Shown one piece after another: positions 12,041 through 24,994 of a DNA stretch of 64,000 bases. Numbering within the stretch: the first letter of the stretch is position 1; each line of letters opens with the position of its first letter. This DNA is from Vicugna vicugna. Taxonomy: Eukaryota. The notes beneath the pieces were generated by a model. It was not told the DNA's origin, made no database searches, and saw nothing but the letters and a program-made list of their open reading frames with translations. The translations under genes were made by a program, and so were the position numbers. The stretch lies in contig MU058531.1 of assembly GCA_013265495.1 (NCBI GenBank), positions 1,798,911 through 1,862,910 of the forward strand, read 5' to 3'.

Positions 12041-13290
12041 TATACAATCAGTAAATAGTACCTGCTTGTTGGTTCCCGTGATAGGAGATGCATTGAGAAA
12101 GCAGGTGGGAGGAGGCTGTGAAACATGAAGAGGTTTGAACATGAGCTTAGTCAGATTTTGTCTAATAGTATAAACTGCCTAACAGAGTGTCTGGCATAGA
12201 GCAGGGGCCAAATTAATATTTGTTGAATGAATGAACAGTAAATATTAGCAGCTTGGATCTTGGGTAAATTACTTAAACTTTCTGAGCTTAGTTTTCTCAC
12301 TTATAAAGTGAAGATTAAAATTTACAGGGTTTGCTTACAAATTATATGAGATAATTACATGCTAGCAATTAGCAGGTTTTTAAGTTAGTTTCTTTCCCTT
12401 ATGGTTTATAAACTCTTTTGTAAGCTTTTCTAAATACATAACCTCATTTAATTTCCATAACCTTCTATAGTACTTCTCATTAGCCTCATTTTATAGACGA
12501 AAAAGACTCAGGGGCTGAGGCATAGACTTTTCAGGTAATGAGAAGCCAATGGACAAGTTTTATAAGCAGAGGAGTGACACGATAAAAGCAGTGTTTCTTT
12601 AAGATTAACCTGTTGGAGGCCTTTAAGATGGGCTCAACTGAAAAAGCTGGAGTATTACCTTGTCTACTGTCTTAAAAACCAAGCTTAAGATGATAAGGGC
12701 CTGCACTAGGTGACAGAAAAATGTTTAAAAGCTTAACAAGTCAAGTGATTGAATAGCCACTTAAGCAAATAGTACATAGACAACTGGCTGAGAGTTTTCA
12801 AATCTCGTTGAGAAAATGATAATACCAACAATATAAACAAGTAAGAAATTAAACTTCGCAAAATGGTTGGCAGAAGACCCTCCCGCCAAAATCAACGCAG
12901 AACATATGGCAGAAATACGGAAAATACTTGAGCCGTGCTTTTCACTGCCGTTGCAGATCTTTCCTGATGTCACCCCCTCCCACTGGCATCGCCACCATAG
13001 GACTAGGGCCTCCTGTGGTCCTTTCTCTAGAAGCGGTCTGGAGAGGTTGACGGTTAGGGCGATGAGAATTAGAAACAAAGGTTTTGAACTTCGAGAACCT
13101 TGGCTAAATCGCCTTTTTTCCTTCTCTAAAAAACAAGGAGACTTTTTTTTTCCCTTTCCCGCCTGTTCTGAAAAGCAACGATGCCCTCCAGGTGTGCACA
13201 AGTAGCTTTTTAACTCCAGCGCCCGGGACCAGGCTGAACTGGCCGGAACTCCTCTGCTTCAGCTGCGGAGTGGAGCGCCTCGCGGTGAGC

Positions 13291-13305
13291 TGACGTCACT
13301 TCCGG
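13291..13305. promoter_or_regulatory. Overlapping CRE + ETS composite site TGACGTCACTTCCGG
   Basis: Full palindromic CRE TGACGTCA overlapping CACTTCCGG (reverse complement CCGGAAGTGACGTCA). Confidence 0.85.
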
Positions 13306-13625
13306 CGCACTGACGCTTAGTCCGGCGTGCCGACGCCTGCGTCAGCAAAGAGCGGGGCTGGGGGCACCCGGTTTGAAGTCGTGCGGGTTGGAGGAGTGCC
13401 GCCTCCGCCGCCGTCTCAGACCCCTGCTTCCTGGTCGCCGCGGGGACGAGTTCGGGTAGGCGGCGGGGCAGATGCCCCAGGGCCCGCGCCGGGACGCCCT
13501 GCGCCGCACCGGCCGCTCCCCTCTGCTCCGTGGCCTGGGCCTGCGCCGCTCGGCTTTCTGGAAACTAGCGCCTCAGCGGCGCGGCGCGTCGCTCGCGGGG
13601 AGCTCCGAACCGCCGGCGCCCGGCC

Positions 13626-13639
13626 ATGGCGGTGTCCAG
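13626..13639 (+). CDS. BTAF1: BTAF1 exon 1 coding part (MAVS R-)
   Basis: Strong Kozak gccATGG; donor CAG|GTGGGT. Confidence 0.95.
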
Positions 13640-15654
13640 GTGGGTCTGGCTTCTCACGGGCGGACGGGAAGGCGGCCCGCGCGAGGCACGGTCTCCTCTC
13701 GGTGCCCCGACTCCTGGAAAGGAGCAGTTCCCATTGTCACGGGGCTCGGGCGCCTTCCTCCCCAGACTCCGGAGTTCGCCTCTCGGTCTGCGGGGCTTTG
13801 GGCTCGGGTTACTGCTCGTAAATCGATTCAAAAATGTCTTTTTCTGGTTGAACAGACTCTTTGGCACGTTAGAGCTAGTTTTTCTCTTTCCTCACCCTGT
13901 TTCTCTTCTCTGGTTTCTCTTCCCTCTTTCAGTTCTGGGAGAGTCTCTTCTCTTTCTTAGTATTCTAACGCCGACCCCTAACCTCCATTTCACGGGAAAA
14001 CTTGGTAGTAACTATCGAAGTCGGGGAGATTAGAGTTACTATTATCCAAGTGACCTTCTAGCTATGTCAAATTTTTTTTTTGTTTACGGCTTTAGGGATA
14101 CGTTCTTTCTTGAGGACTGGCTTCTTATATTACAGTATAATTCTTCCTTTTGTTTGGCAGTACACATTCAGTCATCAGCGTAGTGATCTTTAGCAAATTA
14201 TTGTATTAGCATCATCTTCCTTAACTAACGTTTGAAAGATGTGTCACAAATCTTAAGTTATTTTAAAGTGATGCCTATCAATAGGGAAATATAGGAGAAC
14301 CAGCAAGATATTTATTTGTATAGCTGTAGGAGGAAAGTCCTCCTTTCCTCCAATATGAGAGGATGGTGGGAATACGTTTTGTCAGAGGGTTGATGTTAGT
14401 GCACGTACGTACATGTAATACCTATGATAGCAGTCAGAAGGAGCCACCAAGTTTATTGTTAGTTTTCATGAGAAATGGGTCCTTCTCCACACAGACTGAA
14501 GGCAAAAATGTTGATAGTTCAAAAAACATAGTTTTTACTCGTTTTCCATAGTTAATTGAACACACTACTGTTTTGCAGGCGAAAAGATAACCCATCCCTC
14601 ACAGACTCTCTAGATAACTGATGAAAGATTGTGTAGGAGAAACCCTTAGGAGTTGGATGAAGGGGGTTGCAAGGTCCCTGTACTATATAGGGCATCTGTT
14701 TTTTATTTCGTTGATAAGTTGAATCCATTCAATGTGAGGAAATTCTTATTTTGTAGTGTATAAAAATGCCTTCAGAGAAGACAAGTGGTATTTTCAGTTT
14801 ATGCAAATACAAAAAGGTGTGTATCTTCTGATTTGTTACCTCTTCTATGAATATATAAAATATACATTATAAATATATTGATACACAAACAATATGGTAT
14901 TCTGTTTATAAGGTGGTACAATGTTTAGAGGAATGAGTAGCCCTTGAAATTCCTTTCTTGAGCAGACTGTATATTTTCACAGTATTGGGTACAGTTTTAT
15001 AGGGACAAATGAAAGTATTTAAAATGTGCCTAATGTGCTTGGCCAGTGGTAATCTATTCATAAAAGTTTAGGGCACCTAAATTTCTGAGTGAATGAGTGG
15101 GTTTTGAAAGCAACTGCTTTTTGTTATTGATATTGGATTTCAAAGGGTGGTGCTCTTTTTTTTCCTGTAGATCTTTTTTTTTTTTTCAGCTTGCCAAAAT
15201 TCTTTTGAATTTAAGAAAGAAAGCCTGCCGTGGTTTTATGAAAGCTAGTCTTGTGCTTATTTTGGTTATATAATAGATTCAGGGAAAGCACTTTTGAGAC
15301 ACTTTCTGATTTGGGGATAGTGTCAGCCCTTGCTTCTTCATCTGAGGATTCACTTTGAATAGCAGACTTTAATTTCAAACTGGCCTTCTCCATGCACTGA
15401 GCACATATCTTTATTAGCTAAATTTCCTTTTTCTCCTGTTGATGTGGAATACAGACTCATTTTAATATTATTTTGTTGCAGAACAAGTGGAAGATGGTTC
15501 AAGAGATAAAAATCATTTTTGCTAGAATCAAATCTAAAATGGTTTTCATTGTTTATATCAGTGTGCATAACTGCAAAGAAACTAATTTTAGAACCTTGTA
15601 AATATTTCCAAATGGAAAGAAAACAGTAAGTTGGTACATAATTCCCTCAATTGT

Positions 15655-16500
15655 CAGATTCAGAAACTTAGGAATAATATTTGACTTCTCCCTCCCTTCC
15701 TTTCCCCCCAGGTAGCCAGTCCCCAAATTCAGTCCTGTCAGTTCTTTCTTTCTGATCTTTCTCTGGCCAGTCTTTTTTCTTTCCATAGCAGTTACTACAG
15801 CCCTACTGCATACCACCATCATCTTTAATCCAAGACACCGCAGCAGCAGCCACTCTGCTCTCCCTGCCTCCCCTGAAGGCATGGAAGTCTTTATAATTTA
15901 TTCTTCACTTCAGCTATGTACTATTATTTGCTAATGTGCCCATTTTAATGTGGTCTTTTTTCTGCTTAAAACCCTTTAGTTGTTTTCTAATTAGGATAAA
16001 GTCCAACTTCCTTAACAAACACATCTTACCAAATCATTTGTGATCTGGTTCCTGCTTTACCTTTTTAGCTTCATCTTATATCAAGTTCTCTGCATCTCTT
16101 CTCTCTTTCTCTTTCTCTCTCTTCTTTTATCCCTCTCCCCTTCATTCCAATCTGTTTTCTCACCTCCTAGTCATTATCTCTGGAACATCTTTCCTGCGTC
16201 CACTCCCCTGACCCTCCAAGTCTGGTTTATTCCAACCTTAGTTTTTGAGTCTAAGCCCATACATACATCATTTTGTTTGGGAAGCCTTCTCTGGTTTTAC
16301 TTCATTTGAGCTATTTGTACCAGTGGATACTCCTGTCAGTTATATTCATCATACCCTGTAGGTGATTGTTTAATTGTTCTCTCCCTTGCTGGAGTTAACA
16401 TCTCTGTGAGAGAAGGAAATGTCTTTGCTCTTTCTGTCCCCAGAGAGTGCCTAGCTCCTAGTAGGTGCTCAGTACATTTTCAGAAAATAGATGAGTGATT
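15655..16500 (+). mobile_element. LINE-2 remnant
   Basis: cagaaacttaggaataatatttgacttctccctc, ctgcttaaaacccttt and terminal tagtaggtgctcagtaca motifs. Confidence 0.7.
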
Positions 16501-19500
16501 TTGTTTCTTTTAATTCTGGTCATGATTTTTCCATGTATGTATAGCGGAATGTTTCCAGTGTTTTTCAATGTTTGGTTCTGAGTTTTACAGTTTCCCCCAG
16601 GGAGAAAAATGTTCATTATAGCTTTGAATATTGGTCAAAATTATAATTTAAAAAAGATAGTAAATATTATCAGAACTATTTTTGTAAGTTTATAATCTAG
16701 TATAATTGTGATAGTGTGGTCTTTTATAATGCAAATTTGTTATAATGTAACCCTACATTTTGTGTAATCAGTTTTTAGACTCCACTTAAAAGTTTTATAA
16801 AGGCCTAGTTTTAATGTAGTACCTTGAATTATTAGAATGTAGCAAAGTATGAAATGCATGGTGAACTCTTTATCTATGGGTGAGTTAAATCTTCCTGAAA
16901 ACAAACAAAGCACCCCCCAACTTTGTGACTCTCCAAAATTGCAAATACAGCATTTGAAGCTCTCCATAAAATGCAGGGAGATATTACCAAAAAGTGTATG
17001 ACTCCTATAAACCCTTAGTAAAAGAGACAGCATACAAATGTAGGAGTAGAGAACAATGTTGCTCTTAAGATATGAATACTGGAAAGTCAGCTAAACTCAC
17101 TCACTAGCTACTTGACTTGCTTCCATAAAATCAACCTCAGCAAACAAAAAAAAACAAATTATATATTACGCTTTCATTGTTTTTTGCAAACATTTTAAAT
17201 CATAATTATTAAATGTTTGAATACTGTTTTGTTTTGTGACTCTGAGTGTCATTTGTCCCCTAGCTAGAGTTGAGCCACCAACAGTAAAGGCAAAGGCAAT
17301 CTTAGAGGGTTTGTTAAAGCTTATGTTCATTACAGAAGTGGTGGGTGAGTCTGACAGAGTTGGGTTCCACGGCTTAATACAGGTGTTTTTTAAAGACTGT
17401 TTTTGATACCTTTGCCTGTTTATGCCACAATTGATTGCCTGTTGTTATACATTGATTGGCTATTATGAACATAGTTTTTCCTTGATTGCATAAAGAAAAA
17501 GTATAAATATAATTCAGGTAATTTTTCCTCAGTGATCTCTGCTATAAAGTTCATGTCTAAAATGTCTGGACAGTAGTTATGACTTGACCATTTTAAAAGC
17601 CATACCTTGAGTCTGTGACATATATCTTAGCATTTTAAAATGATGCAGTGTTTAGAAAAGATTCAGGGAAAAAATGAAACACACTCTTACGGAAGAAACA
17701 AATTGCTACATGTGAGCAGAACTTTGCTCAGTTTTGTTAATTCTCTCTCTGCACTGCTGATACTTCAGAGAAACTTTGTTTTAACAGGCCTACATTGCCA
17801 ATGAAAGGAAATTTCTTGATGTGACGAAAGTTCCAGTAGGTCCTTCCTCTTGACAGGACAATACTAAAATGATCTTACCTGTAGGACAACATTAGGTTTC
17901 TAATGTTTGCTAGGCCTGTTTCTCCACTATCCTTTACTATTGCTAATTTCAATCCATTGTAAGATTGACAAAAGGCACTGTTGTAAATTATGTCAAATAT
18001 TTCATACTTTAAAAAAATTTAGGGACAAAAAGCCAGGGAAGGGAGAGGAGGCATTATATAAGCATACCCTTTTTAATCCCTGTGATTAATTCCTTCTTGT
18101 TTCTTTATTTCTCAAAGTACTGTGCATGTAAAATTAATCTTTTTAACCATTTTAAAATGTACAATTTCAAATAAAGTTTTAAAACTACAGATATTTCTCC
18201 TGAAGAACCTAGATTTTATTTTTAAAATAAAGTCATGCAAGAGGTGGTGGAGGTTAGAAAAAAAAGCCCTAAAGAAAATAACCCAAGTTGGTTGTCCTTT
18301 TTCAGCATTCATTTAACAAGTATATACAGAATCTTTATGTTCTATGTGCTGGAGATACAGCAGAGAACAAAAATGGAGTCCCTATTCTCATGGAGTTTAT
18401 GTTCTGTAGAGTGGAAGTGGGAATGTAAATGATCTAGCATGCACCTGCCTTTGCACCTGACTTTAGTGTGGTTTCACATCTTCATATCTGTTCTTAGTGT
18501 TGTATGTGGTATCTTAAATTAATACACTTTTTTGTTTAAAAAATGTAACATAGTTTCAGATGACCCACAATAGGAAGTAGAAAACATACATTTTAAAACA
18601 ATCAGTTGGACAATTTCTTGGAAATTGTTTCTTTTCTTCATCACTTTCTTGCTTCATGATAATATGTAGGATGAAGCATAGTGTTCATATCAGATATTTA
18701 TTTTCTTATTCCCTAAGTAACAGAAAAATAAAACTTCAAATAGTAAATGTAAAAAAAAAGTATGACAAAATGAACAGACTTGACTGATCATTCCCATTTA
18801 GTTAAGATTACAAAGCCATCCTTGTGAAGTATTATGAGTTGACCTTCCACAATTTTTCAGTGACTGAATTCTGAGAATGTTGAGATTGGATGTAGATTGA
18901 GGAAGTTGTGTGTTTCCTTTTTTTTTTAATTCTTAAATGGCTTAGGAGTGGAAGTGCAGTATATATTAATTAGTGATGAAATAGTAATCTAGGACATGTT
19001 TTATAGTTTAAAATGCATATGGTTTTCTTTTTTTATTTTTACTCTGAATTGTCATAATACAGACAACTGAAGAGGAGTTAGATCTCAGCTGCCAGCATAA
19101 CCTTTACAGACTCCCATGTACTATTTCCTTCTTTTAGGCAGTCTTTAGAGCAGTTTTCTGAAATCACAGATTGGTAAAATAAAAACGAATCATGTCATGT
19201 AGTTATTTCTGAGTTAAAATCCAAATTGAAAATAGGCCAGATTGTCATCATGAGTAGATTCATAACCGGTGGATATTGTCAAATATACTTGCTTTATGTT
19301 TTTTAAAATTTATTCTTCTGGAGTCTTTGGTACCTTCCATTCAGCTTGACATCTGTTACCTCTTTTTCCTCCATCTGTATCCCTTCAGAGAATGAAGAAT
19401 GATATTTTTATTCTATTAGCCATTCTGCAAGAGAAGGTTTAGCCAAAAGAAGTATCGTGGTAGGTACTGTGTTCCCTCAATCAGCCCTTCTTTTAACTTC

Positions 19501-20424
19501 CTTTCTCTTCTAAGCACCTAGCTTCCTTCAGACCTCTCCCTCATCGAGGGCCCTGTCTGCCCTCTAACATAACACTGACCCTGTCTCTTGCCCTTTCTCC
19601 CTCTCCCACCAGTTCATTATACCAGCCTTTTTCATTCTGACCTGGCCCTGATGCTTACTCTGTTTGCCTCATAGCTGGCTCTCCTAGGGTAGTAGGGCAG
19701 ACTGCCCTCCTGTGAGATCCCGGTATGCTCATCCCTTTGTTCTTCTTTTTTGTGGCATCTAGTCTCCTGTCCTGGAAAGAGGAATGAACTCCAAAAGGAG
19801 CTTTGAGTCGAGAGGACCAAAGAAGCATTCTTGTATCCCCATTCCTCTATTCAGGGAGGCAAGTTTGGCTACCAAAAAGGTGGGAGATGTGAAAATATAT
19901 AGGCCTGGAATTGGATGAGAGAGTGAGCTGATCTGCTCCCCTCAGGCAGGTGGCATTGGATAAAAGGCTTTGAAGAAAGGAGAGGTAGGAGGAACTGTGT
20001 GTCTGTGAGATAGGGTCAGTGTTAAGTTAGAGAGGAGTCAGAGGTCCTTGAGTAGGAGTGTGGTCCTAATGAAGCTGGATAGCAGAGGGCTAAAGGAAAG
20101 TTTAGGAAGGGTGGAAATTACTGAAGGAATGCATTGCCTACTGCATGGTCTTTTTCAGCTTGCTGTTTGGAGTACACATCACTGCCTTGATGTTCATATT
20201 GCTAAGGTACTGCTGTGCTGATCTTTTCACTTACTGAAATCTTGCCTTAGCGTCACTTGTGTTATTTTTATAACTTGTTTTTATGTAATATAGCTATGAC
20301 AGATTAAGGATGTTTCTCGAAGTAAAAAAAAATTATAGTACATTTTTGCTTAAAAATGGTGCTTAAACTTGTCCCCAGGAAACTTGAACTTTTCTTTATA
20401 ATTTTAATTACAGTAAATATCAGT

Positions 20425-21600
20425 TACTCAACAAATATTTGAATACTGTGCAAAGAAACTGTGCCAAGTATTTGGGGGACAAAAAGAAGAAGGTGAAGCC
20501 TAATGGGGAGCCTAAAACTTCATGTGACAAATTAATGTAAGAGATGCCACAGAAATGCAAAATAAATGCCAGAATGATTATTCAAGATAAGAATTCCTGT
20601 GCATTTCAGAAGGGAAAGTAATTGTGTCATAGTCTGAGATGGTTTCAGGAAGGAAAGGTCTTGAATTGAATCATGGTAAGTGGGAGCTAGCTGAAGAATT
20701 GGACCAAGCAAAGTAGAGGAAAAGTGTAGACAAAATTGTAGAAACCAAAATGGCCCATGTTGGGAGATTTTTGTTTGTTTTTAATTACTGTCTGGTAGGT
20801 AAGGATGAGCCATTGAAAGTTTTAGAGTAAGATAGTAATTTGGTCAAAAGAAGTAAAGGAAGCTTTAGGAAGTAAATTTAGCAATGAGATCACATTACTA
20901 TGGAGTTACGCTCATCAGGCAGTTAAAGGTGTGGCACTAGAGCTCCTGGTTGGGCTAGATTTGTGGATTATTTGCACTGTGTTATATTTTGAACAAATTA
21001 CAGTGTCCTGTGGGAGAAATTGGTGAGCAATGAGCAGCCAAGGATTGAATCTGGGAGAGTGTTCTCATTAAGAATAGTAAGAGTAGGGAAACCAAGGAAA
21101 GAATTAGGTTTTCAGAGAATGTGGTAATATGTTGTGAATTTAGGAAGGAAAGCATTTTAAAAGTAAGGATCTTGCTGAAATCAGATGCCACAGAGGCGTC
21201 AAGAAAATTGGATTTACAAAAAAAAATTGGATTTGGTGTTTAGGAGTTCATTAGTGACTCTCAGGTGTGCTGTTTTGGTAGTAGAGAAGGCAGTAAACAT
21301 GATTTGCAGAGATTAAATTGTGTATGGTGAGGAAATTAAAAAAGTGATTTTAAACACTCAAGATGCTTGGCAGTAAAAAGAGTGTTCTAGAAGATGGAGG
21401 TCAAGCAGTTTATCCTCTTGTTAAAGACAGATCTCTGCATATTTGAAGATGGAAGTAAACGGGTTAATCAGGCAGTGGTTTAAGATATTGGAGAAAGGTT
21501 AATTGAATGAGGGTAGAAGGGGATGGTATCTAGAAAATAGTGGGACATTATCTAAATCTTGAAGAAGAGTGAGGCTATCTTTTCATCTGAAATTGAAAGA
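20425..21600 (-). mobile_element. Degenerate LINE-2 remnant
   Basis: tcaacaaatatttgaatactgtg end motif; purine-rich L2-antisense character (gagccattgaaagttttagag). Confidence 0.55.
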
Positions 21601-24119
21601 GAGGATAAGTGTAAAGACTTTCAGAGTTAATAAGGAGGGAATGACATAGTTTATGTTCCATAACATAGAGATCTCCTCAGTCCATTTCTTTTTTTGCTTT
21701 TTTTTTTTTTCCAGTCCATTTCTTTAAAGGAATAGGGGATGGCAGTTGGGGCTTGAGGAAAGTGGAAATGATTGGGAAAAACTTGGAAAACTGTCAGTTT
21801 TATTTTAGTTGTTTACACATGAATTTATAAGCAGGTTAGTATTGTCACTTCCTTAGAGCGTTCATTTTGCAGCCAGCTTTGCTTTTAGTCACAAAAACAG
21901 AAACTCCATGATTAAAAAGGAATTACGAAGTAGTTGAAATTTTCCAGAGGTGCAGTGTAAGGAACTTTGCATCAAATAAATCAAAGATATAACAAACATT
22001 ATGGTATATAAGGGGGAGAGAAAACTATTTTAAAAAGCTGCAATGGTGTGAAGCTGTAAAATATGGCTAAATTATACAATTTTACCCTATAAAATAAGAG
22101 GTTAAGTGAAGTTAATATGAGCTTCTCTAAGTCTTCCAATAAGTGACACAAGTAGTACTTTTTAAAGCTCTTCTAATTTCCAGGTAGTATGTTTCCCATT
22201 TTATCACTGTTTTCCTATAGGAAAGTCCTGGATTTATGTGATCTGTACACACATAAGAGAGCCTGATATTGTTATAGAGAATACATGCCTCGTATACAAA
22301 TATATCTACTGTTGCGTAAATTTGACCTGACATATTTTCTATAATAAAACATTTAATTTTTGATAGTTTTTGCCTGCCATAGAATATAGATTTAAAATGA
22401 GTATTTGTTTTGATACTTTTATAGATATTTAAAATTTCTTTTTGCTAATTTCATTGAGCACAAGCATTCAAAATCAGAGTCATGGCAATATGCATAGAGA
22501 ATTTTTAGGAACTTTAACATCACAGTTTTAAAAATGTGAAAATAAGTCAAAGGGCATTCTGAGAGTTATGTATGGGATGGATGAGGGAAATCATTTTGTG
22601 GGGAATGGGTTTGGGGTCTGACGTACTCTTAGAACTTTTAAGAACACCAACTGTCAGAAAAAGATTTTTTCTCCCTTTTGTCCCACTTTATCTTAGTCAC
22701 TGTTGTTCACCAAATCCTATAGCAAAGCCTGAAGGGTGAATAGGTAAAGACAAGTATTTAGATGGCCTTGAATGAAAAAGGAGAAATACTGTGTCATAAG
22801 GTGGGATGTATTGCACACACTGTATGTATAAAAAAATTAATCTTTTTGCATGTCTTATAGAAATTAATTTCTTTATAAACACTGTGTGCCTTTAAAGTAT
22901 ATTGGAAGCAAAAACTTATATTACTCTTTTTTTTCTTTGTGTTGCTGGCTTTAGTTGCCTCAAATATTTTTCTTGAATGTCCTTCTTACATACCCTTAAC
23001 TATAAAATTTGAATCTTGCTCTTAGTGTTTTTTTCTGAAGCAGTTGAAAAGTTTTCATTGTACCCTTAGTCTTCATGACTGAAAAAGTTCTATTTTAGCT
23101 ATTTTTTTTTACCAGTTACAATGATTTTTCTGCTTTATTAGTGACTAGATACCACCAAAAGAAAAAGAAAAAAGAAAAAACCCTGCCTATTTCATTTGTG
23201 CCTTATAGCTTTATATTATAAAAAGCTTTTAGAAGCTTTGCCTTTTAACTTTTAAGCCCTTTGGGAAAAGAAAAAATCATCCCAGAAGTAAAATATGAGC
23301 CTCTTTGCAGTTTATTAATGCTTAATGCTCATGCTTAACTTTGGAACCTTGCTTGCCTTCTTTTCCTCACTGGATGAGATTGGAAGGTGTACTGTCTAAA
23401 TCTCCCCTGGTATAGGATTGGGCACAGTTAATATAGCCTTGCCTCTTTTTACCCTTCATCTTGTTTAAAAAGTCCCAATTTATTCCACATGTGAAGCCAC
23501 CTTCCTTTCATTACCTGTGGCATTCATTTGCCTCATTGAGCCTGATTAGTAGTGTGGTGGAAGGACTAGCCCTGTATGATAGGTGGACAGCTAGTGGCAA
23601 TTGCTTGTTACTGTGCCTTCTAAAAATCTTAGGATTTTCCTATATCCCAGAAACAAAGTGACACAATTTTCCATATCTCCCCACTTATTCCAGGTATAAG
23701 GCATTGTGATTTTATTCCAAACTATTTGTTGGCTAAGTGACTGGGATTTGAACCATGTGTTATGGCTCTGGTATTTGTTCCATTATGCTCCTTGCCTTTA
23801 TGAACTCTTTCCTCAGAGATCTTACTGCCCTATCTTTACAAATGTCTCATATGCCTTTAGTCTCAACTTTCTCGTGAACATCAGATCTCTTTTCCAACTA
23901 TCCTTTTTGATCTCTCCCAGCTCTCCTGTTCCTGCCACTGATAAACTTACTATCTTTTCCCAGTAACATTTCCTCCAGTTCTTCCCACTTATTTTAAAGA
24001 CATTTTCTAAGATTCAGAGTCTCAGAACCCTTTCATTTCCTTGACATTTTAATTGAATTACTATACCATGGTGTTTTACTTCTGTAGCATTTCTCCCAAC
24101 TTCTTTCTAGTCTTATTGC

Positions 24120-24810
24120 CATGATTGTATAGTTCAGGTCTGTGCTTTTAGCCTAAAATTCTCTAAAAGCTTACCTCCATTTTACTTCAGGCTTCACACT
24201 GCTTCCAGACTAATCTCCCTAAAGCATAGCTCCAGTCCCATCACTTTCTTATCCCAAGACTTTCAGGGCTGAACTATAATTCAGAGGTCTCCACAGTAGG
24301 GCTTTAACTATTTTTGCGGTTGTATCTTCCACTGTTTCTGAAGTGTACCCTCAATTACAACCAGGCTGTGTTACTCACTTCCCTAAATATAGTCTCCCTT
24401 TCCTTATTGCTGTGCTTTCTTATTTCCTCTTCCAGATATTTCTCCTCTCTTCTCTTTTACCACCGCATCTCCACTAGGGGAGTATTGAAATCTTTTTCTG
24501 CCATTAAGGTCCAGCTCACACACTATTTCTTTTAGGAAGCCTCCTTAGTATTTCACATTTGGAGATGTAGCATTTGCTGCCTTCATTCCTATTCCTCGAA
24601 ATACTTCGTTCTTCTTTTCTGACATGTATCTTATACATGTATATACATGTATGATACATATATTGTATCCTATATTCTAATTATATGTGTACTTGCCTTA
24701 CCCAGTCACTGCACCCCCATGACAGTTTCCTTGAAAGTAGAGATTAGATGCCCTCCTGCGACCCTAGCATAAATCTCTGTTCATAGATGCTGAATACATA
24801 AATTTACTGA
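24120..24810 (+). mobile_element. Degenerate LINE-2 3' end just upstream of exon 2
   Basis: L2-like motifs ending aaatttactgac. Confidence 0.55.
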
Positions 24811-24870
24811 CTCATACTTATACATATGAGGAAACACATTTCAGAATAACTTTTATTTTTGTTATTTTAG

Positions 24871-24994
24871 GCTTGACCGTCTTTTTATCCTACTGGATAC
24901 TGGCACTACTCCAGTTACAAGAAAAGCTGCTGCACAGCAACTTGGAGAAGTGGTGAAGCTTCATCCCCATGAACTAAATAATCTCTTATCTAAA
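24871..24994 (+). CDS. BTAF1: BTAF1 exon 2 ([11 protein letters not shown]...NNLLSK)
   Basis: ttttag| acceptor, |gtaaga donor, 124 nt, phase consistent. Confidence 0.96.

Larger units (their letters stand above)
13200..13830 (+). promoter_or_regulatory. BTAF1: BTAF1 CpG-island promoter / 5'UTR, no obvious TATA box
   Basis: GC- and CpG-rich block around exon 1 with CRE, ETS and GC-rich motifs. Confidence 0.9.

Noticed and set aside
2320..13200. Shared bidirectional promoter for FGFBP3 and BTAF1
   Set aside because: The starts are about 11 kb apart and separated by repeats; head-to-head but not a classical bidirectional promoter
12761..14033. ORFs of 100-164 aa around the BTAF1 promoter
   Set aside because: GC-rich artefacts or read-through past the exon-1 donor; no recognisable domains
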